From a virus (lineage: Duplodnaviria; Caudoviricetes): DNA of 64,000 nucleotides. The notes below the pieces were generated by a model. That model saw nothing but the letters and a program-made list of their open reading frames with translations. It did no database searches and was not told the DNA's origin. The DNA lies in IMG/VR virus record IMGVR_UViG_3300014205_000174, one strand, 5' to 3'. Positions 28,761 through 36,636 of the stretch are shown here, in pieces. Position 1 is the first letter of the stretch, and the number at the start of each line of letters is the position of its first letter. The translations under genes and the position numbers were made by a program.

Positions 28761-28785
28761 AAAATAAACGTTGATACTTAGGTAA

Positions 28786-28801
28786 TGCAATTGGCGTGCC
28801 A
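28786..28801 (-). promoter_or_regulatory. sigma-54-type promoter
   Basis: Minus strand TGGCAC-GCCAA-TTGCA. Confidence 0.7.
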
Positions 28802-28845
28802 AACTTTGGCAATCCCGTAATATTATTGCCAAACTTTTAAAACAC

Positions 28846-28874
28846 AAAAGCCCCCCGGAATCCGTTGGGCTTTT
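28846..28874. terminator. bidirectional-type intrinsic terminator
   Basis: AAAAGCCC-CCCGGAATCCGTT-GGGCTTTT. Confidence 0.6.
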
Positions 28875-29030
28875 GCTTTGATTTAGAACTTGTACGCTTG
28901 CGGCCATTTCCTGCCATTTCCGCCCGAGCTTGTCCAGTATGCTCGGTTCGTTTCTTGAAAGCTGCGGTATGTGGCCACCTTCCCGTCGCTTTCCTTTTAA
29001 TCTTTCTCTTAAATCAGTACTACAAAATAT
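28846..29030 (-). ncRNA. candidate small structured RNA
   Basis: Lies between a degenerate sigma-54 site (29042-29057) and a terminator; nested stems GTGGCCA/TGGCCGC, CCGC/GCGG, CCGAGC/GCTCGG. Confidence 0.35.
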
Positions 29031-29128
29031 AAATCAAATATAACAAATTTCATGCCAAAATATATTATTGTTATAATCCGATTTGTCTCGGTTCCACTTT
29101 TTTAATAAATTTACAGGAAAGATTCAAA

Positions 29129-29671
29129 ATGACACCAGATAAAGTAAAGAAAAGAATTTCCCCATACCTTGAAACCATTACAGAAGCATGTATATTTTAT
29201 CCTTTATTGGATACTAAAGGATATGGCAGCATTCAATATAGGGTGCCAGGGAAGAAAGTGCATTACAGAGCGCATAGGGTCTCTTTTGAATTAGCAAATA
29301 ACTGCGAATTACTGCAAGCAGATGTAATATTACACTCCTGCGATAATCCAGCATGCATTAACCCGCGCCATCTTACTAAGGGTACTCACGAAGATAATCA
29401 GCGGGATAAGATGGCTAAGGGCAGGCAGGCCAAGGGTAAAACCAATGGCAGATACGTGCATGGTTATTATTCAAAGTTTGAGCCTGTGGCAAAACCTGTT
29501 CCGGATTTTCAGACTTTATGTAACAGAAGTATTTCTCTTGAAACTGCAAAAGCGATTAAAAGCAGAATTAAAGTCGGCGGCTGCAAGTTAATAGACCTAT
29601 CTAAGGAGTTCGGCATACCGTACCAAACTATAAAAGATATTAGTGCAGGAAGGGCATATAAAAACGTATAG
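29129..29671 (+). CDS. HNH homing endonuclease (free-standing)
   Basis: GYG...AHRVS...LHSCDNPACINPRHL..GTHEDN..D, C-terminal HTH. Confidence 0.9.
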   Translation: MTPDKVKKRISPYLETITEACIFYPLLDTKGYGSIQYRVPGKKVHYRAHRVSFELANNCELLQADVILHSCDNPACINPRHLTKGTHEDNQRDKMAKGRQAKGKTNGRYVHGYYSKFEPVAKPVPDFQTLCNRSISLETAKAIKSRIKVGGCKLIDLSKEFGIPYQTIKDISAGRAYKNV

Positions 29672-29691
29672 CTGTCCAAAATTTTGATTTT

Positions 29692-29707
29692 TGGCACGAG
29701 TTTTGCT
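29692..29707 (+). promoter_or_regulatory. sigma-54-type promoter of the tmRNA, overlapped by a TAnnTTTG element at 29707-29714
   Basis: TGGCAC-GAGTT-TTGCT; predicted start about 29718, coinciding with the first tmRNA helix. Confidence 0.7.
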
Positions 29708-29714
29708 ATATTTG

Positions 29715-30120
29715 TGTTGCACGTTTGTTGAGGCTTTTTGAGAATCTGTAAGACCCGAGTTCGACTCTCGGCGACTCCTCAAAATTGCGGTTAGTAATAT
29801 ATGTTGGTGTACAACAATTTATATGAAAGGGTGTATCCATTATTGCAGCTCCTGGAATTCAAACGGTTGAGCGCGAAAAAAATACACGGCGGCAGCCCGC
29901 AATGATATTATTAGTCATGAGTAAGTACATGACTCGCCACCCTATCAACACGGGGTCGACTGGCTATCGATTGCAGAGGATGGAAAGTGGAGAATGTGTA
30001 ACATTGAACGGCAACACAATTGCTTTTACTCCGGTTTACTCTATGAGAAAAACTGCGTAGTACGAAATTAAGCTCCAGCGAAAACGGGGCCAGAAGGAGC
30101 AGGCGTAAGTCTGCTCCTTT
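29715..30120 (+). ncRNA. ssrA: circularly permuted (two-piece) tmRNA
   Basis: T-arm CCGAG-TTCGACT-CTCGG plus acceptor 3' strand CGACTCC (29755-29778) lies UPSTREAM of 5' strand GGGGTCG (29952-29958); 7/7 pairing with G3.U70; three further inter-piece helices; tag ORF 30010-30060. Confidence 0.88.
30094..30120 (+). terminator. terminator hairpin closing the tmRNA coding piece
   Basis: AAGGAGCAGGC-GTAA-GTCTGCTCCTT followed by TGCTTTT. Confidence 0.75.
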
Positions 30121-30133
30121 GCTTTTGCGAATT

Positions 30134-30149
30134 TGGCCCGATATTTGCG
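30134..30149 (+). promoter_or_regulatory. sigma-54-type promoter
   Basis: TGGCCC-GATAT-TTGCG upstream of ATG 30184. Confidence 0.55.
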
Positions 30150-30183
30150 AATAAATAAAATACAAAATACAAATAGCACAATC

Positions 30184-30351
30184 ATGACAGCAGAAGATAT
30201 ATCTACAAGCATTGAATCCATCCTGAACGGCGCTTCCAAAGAGTTAGGCCCTATGGATTATAAGCGTCTCTTGCGCGACATCCGTTCTGAAATTGATATT
30301 AGGATTGATTGTTTGGAATTGGATGAGCAGAATGCCCAGGCTGAGGGCTAA
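30184..30351 (+). CDS. small hypothetical protein
   Basis: 55 aa from ATG 30184, helical/acidic. Confidence 0.6.
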   Translation: MTAEDISTSIESILNGASKELGPMDYKRLLRDIRSEIDIRIDCLELDEQNAQAEG

Positions 30352-30584
30352 GCGGTCATTTTTATTTCCATCGTAATGGCTAATTTAGCTTTTTGCCTTT
30401 CTGTTTTAGGGCTAATTACTTTATTTGGCTGGCAAAATATGCACGAACATGGCTTTCCATGAGACCGGAATGCGTGGAGGTTACTGGTATCGGATTCCTT
30501 CAGACCATAATTTTTAAGACGCTTTTTGTACTTAAGCATCTTCTTTTCATGTCGTAGGGCTTTGTTTGCGTTTTTCATTACCAT
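30348..30584 (-). CDS. small basic protein with PCSCxxC motif
   Basis: HGKPCSCIFC. Confidence 0.6.
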   Translation of the reverse strand: MVMKNANKALRHEKKMLKYKKRLKNYGLKESDTSNLHAFRSHGKPCSCIFCQPNKVISPKTERQKAKLAITMEIKMTA

Positions 30585-30765
30585 CGTTTTTGATATCCAG
30601 CATGATAGATGCCGCTGTTAAAGATACACCAATAGTCATGGCTGTATTCCACCTGTATGCATCCGGATTGGTTGCCTGTGATATCGCATAAACAAACGCG
30701 CCAAGAGCTATAATGGATAAGCACTGCGACAATTCACTTTTTTTACCACCCTCAATCGTGTACAT
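30547..30765 (-). CDS. small two-TM membrane protein
   Basis: Two hydrophobic segments. Confidence 0.5.
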   Translation of the reverse strand: MYTIEGGKKSELSQCLSIIALGAFVYAISQATNPDAYRWNTAMTIGVSLTAASIMLDIKNDGNEKRKQSPTT

Positions 30766-30885
30766 AGTAATCTGGCTGCTTAATAAAGAGAAATATTTGT
30801 AAATATATGAAATCTACTTTAAAATAGGTCGGCAATAGTTTTTTTTATCGAATTAAACAACTATTTTTGTAAATATTTTAATTTT

Positions 30886-31365
30886 ATGCTGTTTACTAAT
30901 AGCCAGATAATCAAGAGTGGAAAGGATTATATGATAGGCGCTGCTAATACTAAAAGCGAGGTATCGTATAACAACTATATACTTGCGGTGGAAAATCGCA
31001 TACTAACGCTTGTGGTGCATTCTGTGAAAGAGAATATGTCACATGGCGCTACTAAAGAAAAGGCTATTTCGGACATTGTTACGTTTATTTATTCCAAAAT
31101 ATCCATACGTAATAAAACATACCCTGATACAGAAGAGGGGATTGTGGATGAAATCATGGAGTCTGAGGAATTTCGGAACTGGAGTTATGATATCTGGTAT
31201 AAGTTCAAAAATACACATCTGGGCGTAGTTGGTAAGGATACGCCAATATCGGCACACGGGAAATTGCATCCCGATATTGATGCCGATACTGTGGAGCTGG
31301 TAGAAAAGGAAGATTCATTGCAATTGGTTATTGACGGGCTTGCAGGATTAAATTTTACTGACTAA
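30886..31365 (+). CDS. hypothetical protein
   Basis: 159 aa, preceded by TATTTTTG (30862-30869). Confidence 0.7.
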   Translation: MLFTNSQIIKSGKDYMIGAANTKSEVSYNNYILAVENRILTLVVHSVKENMSHGATKEKAISDIVTFIYSKISIRNKTYPDTEEGIVDEIMESEEFRNWSYDIWYKFKNTHLGVVGKDTPISAHGKLHPDIDADTVELVEKEDSLQLVIDGLAGLNFTD

Positions 31366-31380
31366 ATAATTAGTTTTCTC

Positions 31381-34300
31381 ATGGCGGATACAACCCTTAA
31401 GGAATTAACGGAGATTGTAGAAAATGATGGTAAAAGATTAGAAAAAAATCTTTCCATTGTAAGTGATGTTATTGTAAAGGAGGAGACTATCTATGACGGC
31501 ACCGATGCCGGAGAAGATGAATTTAAAGTGATACCCACGCCGAATTTTAGCGATGCAAAATCTGTAGGTACCGTGCTCCCTATCAACATGGTGAGCGAAA
31601 CGGTAAATAATCTTTCCCAGTTAGCCAACCAGTTTGACCTGGTAGACCATGTAAAGGAAAAACTAAATTACGCAAGCAGGATTGAGGTGATACGTATATT
31701 CTCCAGTGAGCAGGTGGACGCCATTGTGTTGGCTATCCGCCAGTTTGAGAAAGGGAATGCCTTTATCCTTGGTGATTCTGCCGGTATAGGTAAGGGCCGC
31801 GTTGTTGCGGGCATGCTTCGTTACGCATACCAGAACAAGCATATCCCTATATTCGTTACACATAAGCCATTCCTGTTTTCGGATATCTATCGCGACATTA
31901 AAAAAATAGGTGGTTTTGGCGCTGAGAAAGCTGGCAAAATCATTGAGCCGGTACCATTTATTTTAAATTCAGGCAATAAAGAAGAATGCATCATCAAGGA
32001 CTTTGATGGGCGGATAGTGGCGTCGCCACTAAGTAGCGGCATGACGCTTAAGGTGTGCGAAAGTCTCGAACTGCCGAAAAAAGGGAACCGTAAGTTTGAT
32101 TTCTGGTTTAACTGCGTGTTCATGACTTATTCGCAGTTGTCCAATATTCGCACAGATACAAAGCAGCGTTTCTTAGAAGCAATTATTTCTAATTCGGTAA
32201 TAACTTTCGATGAAAGCCATAATGCCGCAAGCACAAATGCCGCTTCGAAAGTGCTTTTGCGCTCACTCCCATTGATAGAACAGGCAAAGGGCGTATTATT
32301 CTCATCGGCCACCTATGCCAAGAACCCGGACGTTTTCCCGCTGTATGTTGCGCGCACATCACTGCGCTCTGCGGTGCCAGACCTCGCGGTTGTTTCTGAT
32401 GCCTTGAAGGTTGGCGGGGAGAATGTTTCTGAGTATATAGCTAGTGGTCTTGTGAAAGAAGGGCAGATGATACGCCGTGAGCGCAGTTTTGGCGACTGCG
32501 AAAAAGTTACTTTATACGTTGATGATGCAAACCAGCGTCCTTTTTACGATGAGGCCATAAGCTATTTTAAAGAGCTCCGTGACTTTTCGAAAAGCCAGTT
32601 TGCGCAGAGCGCTATACGGGCGGCTATTTACAGAAAATGCGACAGCATTGACAGGGAGATAGCCGACATGGAAGCATATAGGGCCTGTTTTGGTGGTAGC
32701 CAGGAAGAGCGTGACATTGCTCGCAGGAACTTCATTGGTGAAAATCGCGGCAAATACGTTCTGAAATACACTACAGACTCTATTACCCGGTATAAAATGT
32801 TCTTCAAGGAGAATTTATTTTATGCCATTAAGGCGAAATTTGCCGCAGATAAAATAATAGAGACGCTGAATAGCCCGGTACAATACACCAATGTGGACGG
32901 ACGTTCCTATACAGCCCCTAAAAAGCCAATTATTGCCATCCGCAATACGAATGAGAGCATATTCAACATGCTTGATTTCGAAGAGGGGTCAACAACCAAT
33001 AATGACTTTTCGGAGTATCTGCGTGCGATATTCAAAAAAATATTCGCAGGTGCATTTACGCTCAGAAAGGTTGATAATTACGTATTCGAGTCGAGGCCGG
33101 CATTGATTGAGCGCGGCATTGATATTGAGGAGTTGTTTGAAAAGTACGACTATGAAGTGCAGATGTCCGACTTTTCGGATAATGGCACAAGGGTACAGGC
33201 TATTCAAAGTCGCCTGAATGCCTATACGTCGCAGCTCCCCATGTCGTTTATTGATTACTTTAAGGACAGGATTAATACTGCCGAAAGGTCTTCTGTGTAT
33301 TTCAATGATGACGGTACCGCTAAATATGGCAACGCCAGCCCGTATTACCGGTTCAATGAGGCGACGGGCCGCAAGTCGATGCTGAAGCGGGAGGGGGATT
33401 CGTTCGTGTATACACGAAATGATAAAATGGCAAGCACTACCGATGCCTTCAGGGCCTATAATAACGGCACCACGGACGTGCTCATGATTAATGTGAGCGC
33501 ATCTACCGGTGGTTCGGCCCAGTCGAGCCCGGATGAGGGCGCTGACACAAGGCCAAGGGATATGTTTATTGTCCAGTTCGAACTGGATATCAATGTGGAG
33601 GTGCAGAAACGCGGTCGTATTAATAGGACGGGGCAATTAAATAACCCTACCTACACCTATGTAATCTCCAAAATACCGGTAGAATTAAGGACATACCTGA
33701 TGTTCCGCAGGAAACTGCGTAAGCTTGACGCCAATACCAGCGCTAACCAGTCCGCATCATCCGAACTGTCAGAAATACCTGACGCATATGGTAACCCGAT
33801 ACAGGACTTGTTTAATGTGTATGGGTTTGAGGTGTTCAAGAATGAATTCATCAATGAGCCTGGGTATGCGGATTATAAAGTAATATTCGACGAACTTATA
33901 GGCGAAGGCGCTATTGGTTCAGATAAAGAGGCCGAGGATTATATCGCCGAGGAAGTAGAGTTCAATATTGAGACATTCAATAAGTTTATCAGGGAACTGG
34001 AGTTATATCCTGCGGACTTCCAGGAAACATTCTTTGACGTAATGAATGTAAAGTACATTGATTACGTAGAGAAGCTAAAGCAGACCGGCGACTACCAACT
34101 GGAATTAGTAGCAAAAAACTACAAGGCCTCTCCGAAACAGCGGGTAGTAATCCGCCTTAACAGCGGCAGCACTATCTTCTCTATGCCTTTATTTCTCGAA
34201 GATGATTATACGCTGGAGGATACAAGGGCGTGGACTAAGGAGCGCGTGGAAACAAAAGTAAATGAGCTCGCCGGCGGAAAGCCATTTATGGAATTCCATA

Positions 34301-36048
34301 CGGAACTGCTAAGGGATTATAATGCGCGTTTCCAGCAATATAAAGCAGATACGATAGCCAATATACGCTCCGGCGCTCCGGTAAGAAGTGAATACGAGTC
34401 GCAGATTGAATACGATGAGGCTGTGGTGAAATTAGACCGCAGGGTGGCAATGACCATACAAGCCCTTGACACCCAGAAGGCGGACATGCTCAGCATGATG
34501 ATATACTTCACGCCTAAGCGTAAGGTGAGCTATGGCGGTAACCTCGGCATGTTTGTGGGGTATAAGATAAAAGAGGGTACCAATAAGTTTAAGTATTCCG
34601 CTGGCAGCATACAGTTTATATTCTGCTTCCTGAACAAGTACCCGGTACTGCACCTTAAACTATCTTCCGACCTGGAAGCGTTGACTGAAATACAAAATCA
34701 GTCCAACCAGGTATTTGCTGCGGGGGCTCCGAGAGAAACATGGGATGCTATTACAAGGTGGCGTCCGAATCCCGACAAGCGAACTGTACGTCGTTTCCTC
34801 AGCGGCAATGTGCTCAGTGCGATTGTAGAGGCCAATAAAAGAAAGCAGAAAAAAACAATCAAGAATTTTTCTCTTGTACGTTATACAAATATAGACAGTA
34901 GCATCTCTACGGCTATAGAGCTCAAGTATACGGTTGACCTAAGAGAGTCTGACCGTATACCGGAAAGCGCCACGCCTTTATCTGTGGCCTGTACGAACGA
35001 AAAGTTTATCGACTACATAAAATTAATGCCGATAACCTACGAGAATATGGCGGTTATTCCTGTTTGGGATGAAAATTTACGGGTTGTTCTTGTAAAGAAA
35101 ATGGAGAACGATACCTCCATGCTGTATATCAATGTTATCGGGTACATTTATAAGAATGAGCTGGTGAACTCAGCATCAAAAAATTACAACCCGGTATATG
35201 TAGACGCTACCCTTGAACGCACATACGCCAGTCATTTTGTGGATAGTGAGGGTAAGATAAAGGTAAACTACTTTCCCAAGGGGAAGATGGAGGCAATTGA
35301 AGGGCAGGGTCTGCAATGGGTTGAGAATACGGAGGGCAATAAGGGCGTGTACGTGAAGTCCTATGTTTTTGATTTGGAGAACGAAAGACATCTGGAGCGC
35401 CTGAAGAACTTCTTTACGGACGTGTATACCCGACACGAAATGACCTTTAACTTCCGTTCGAGCATCGACGACTATTATTTCATTGAATTGCAGTCTGATA
35501 CGTATAATCCTAATGACCAGGGCGCTGTAGCGGAGCGTTTTGAGGTGGGAGAGTATGAGTATAAATTCAGTAAAATGACTCCGGAAAGTGTTGTCAGGAG
35601 TATCCCCGGATTTGTACGCTCGGTGTCAAACGGGTTTAATGGCGGGGTAATCTTAAATAAACCATTGCCGCCTACTATGCTGCCATCATACAATCTTAAG
35701 CCATATGGCTTAACTAATGAAATGATGATTAACATGTTTTTGTCCGAGCTGAATATTACGGACAAGACAGAGTTCAGGCAGAATCTTAGGGAAATTGCTG
35801 GAAGGGGTAATGATTTCGAAACGGGGCAATATGCGGAAAGGTTTATCCGCACAAAATCGGTACCCATCGTATATTTCTTTGGCGACTTGCGCTCTTCCGA
35901 TTACGGCAAAATACTAAGTAATTATATCCTTGACCAGGATTATTCGACATTAGCTTTTGAGTCATCTGAGCAAAGAGGGGAGCTAAAGCCATTAAAAACA
36001 GCGCCGACATTTGAAGATGCTGAAAACTTTTTGATATATTTGCTGTAA
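31381..36048 (+). CDS. strawberry-notch family SF2 helicase (large polyvalent-type protein)
   Basis: FILGDSAGIGKGR, FMTYSQL, FDESHNA, FSSATYAK, MIRRERSF, EVQKRGRINRTGQ. Confidence 0.9.
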   Translation: MADTTLKELTEIVENDGKRLEKNLSIVSDVIVKEETIYDGTDAGEDEFKVIPTPNFSDAKSVGTVLPINMVSETVNNLSQLANQFDLVDHVKEKLNYASRIEVIRIFSSEQVDAIVLAIRQFEKGNAFILGDSAGIGKGRVVAGMLRYAYQNKHIPIFVTHKPFLFSDIYRDIKKIGGFGAEKAGKIIEPVPFILNSGNKEECIIKDFDGRIVASPLSSGMTLKVCESLELPKKGNRKFDFWFNCVFMTYSQLSNIRTDTKQRFLEAIISNSVITFDESHNAASTNAASKVLLRSLPLIEQAKGVLFSSATYAKNPDVFPLYVARTSLRSAVPDLAVVSDALKVGGENVSEYIASGLVKEGQMIRRERSFGDCEKVTLYVDDANQRPFYDEAISYFKELRDFSKSQFAQSAIRAAIYRKCDSIDREIADMEAYRACFGGSQEERDIARRNFIGENRGKYVLKYTTDSITRYKMFFKENLFYAIKAKFAADKIIETLNSPVQYTNVDGRSYTAPKKPIIAIRNTNESIFNMLDFEEGSTTNNDFSEYLRAIFKKIFAGAFTLRKVDNYVFESRPALIERGIDIEELFEKYDYEVQMSDFSDNGTRVQAIQSRLNAYTSQLPMSFIDYFKDRINTAERSSVYFNDDGTAKYGNASPYYRFNEATGRKSMLKREGDSFVYTRNDKMASTTDAFRAYNNGTTDVLMINVSASTGGSAQSSPDEGADTRPRDMFIVQFELDINVEVQKRGRINRTGQLNNPTYTYVISKIPVELRTYLMFRRKLRKLDANTSANQSASSELSEIPDAYGNPIQDLFNVYGFEVFKNEFINEPGYADYKVIFDELIGEGAIGSDKEAEDYIAEEVEFNIETFNKFIRELELYPADFQETFFDVMNVKYIDYVEKLKQTGDYQLELVAKNYKASPKQRVVIRLNSGSTIFSMPLFLEDDYTLEDTRAWTKERVETKVNELAGGKPFMEFHTELLRDYNARFQQYKADTIANIRSGAPVRSEYESQIEYDEAVVKLDRRVAMTIQALDTQKADMLSMMIYFTPKRKVSYGGNLGMFVGYKIKEGTNKFKYSAGSIQFIFCFLNKYPVLHLKLSSDLEALTEIQNQSNQVFAAGAPRETWDAITRWRPNPDKRTVRRFLSGNVLSAIVEANKRKQKKTIKNFSLVRYTNIDSSISTAIELKYTVDLRESDRIPESATPLSVACTNEKFIDYIKLMPITYENMAVIPVWDENLRVVLVKKMENDTSMLYINVIGYIYKNELVNSASKNYNPVYVDATLERTYASHFVDSEGKIKVNYFPKGKMEAIEGQGLQWVENTEGNKGVYVKSYVFDLENERHLERLKNFFTDVYTRHEMTFNFRSSIDDYYFIELQSDTYNPNDQGAVAERFEVGEYEYKFSKMTPESVVRSIPGFVRSVSNGFNGGVILNKPLPPTMLPSYNLKPYGLTNEMMINMFLSELNITDKTEFRQNLREIAGRGNDFETGQYAERFIRTKSVPIVYFFGDLRSSDYGKILSNYILDQDYSTLAFESSEQRGELKPLKTAPTFEDAENFLIYLL

Positions 36049-36089
36049 GTAATAATAGTAGTTAAAACTAAGTTTTTTATCACTGTCTT

Positions 36090-36602
36090 ATGGAGAACAG
36101 CACGAGATTTCTTATTGGTGTAGTTGGCGTAGGGACGCTCGGGTTCTTTATACACCCTTGGCTATTTCCCCGTACCGGTACTGCTACAAAGGATACGAAG
36201 ACTAGGCCGAGCGTAAAAAATCTTGTAAATAACATAAAGCAGGGCATCGGCCCCGACCAGGCGTACATCGATAGCGTAAAAGCGGAAAAACTTCAAATAA
36301 AAAAAGAATCCCAGCCGCCAATTACGAATGCCTACCAGTGGGACGCGCCTGAGAATGTCAAGGACTTGCCTTATTGGGGAGATGTTGCAAGTAAGGCGCT
36401 GGACAAAGAAAAAAAAACAGGTGAATTTTTGGCGTCTATTGGAGGGTTTAGCGGTAGTCAATACTATTACCCAAATGCAGAGCGAATACTCATGATAAAA
36501 TATGCTATCGAAAATGGGCTAATGGACAAACCAACAACACCTCCGACAGTGCAATACGCTTCGTTTACCGAAGATGAGCGCAGGTGGCAGGAATTTAGGT
36601 AA
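36090..36602 (+). CDS. N-terminally membrane-anchored protein
   Basis: FLIGVVGVGTLGFFIHPWLF TM segment. Confidence 0.7.
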   Translation: MENSTRFLIGVVGVGTLGFFIHPWLFPRTGTATKDTKTRPSVKNLVNNIKQGIGPDQAYIDSVKAEKLQIKKESQPPITNAYQWDAPENVKDLPYWGDVASKALDKEKKTGEFLASIGGFSGSQYYYPNAERILMIKYAIENGLMDKPTTPPTVQYASFTEDERRWQEFR

Positions 36603-36636
36603 TGCAGAACGATAAATAACGTAAAACTTTTTCAAT

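Noticed and set aside
28761-28907. N-terminal extension of ORF 28446-28907
   Set aside because: Runs through a terminator and a promoter; ATG 28760 is the better start
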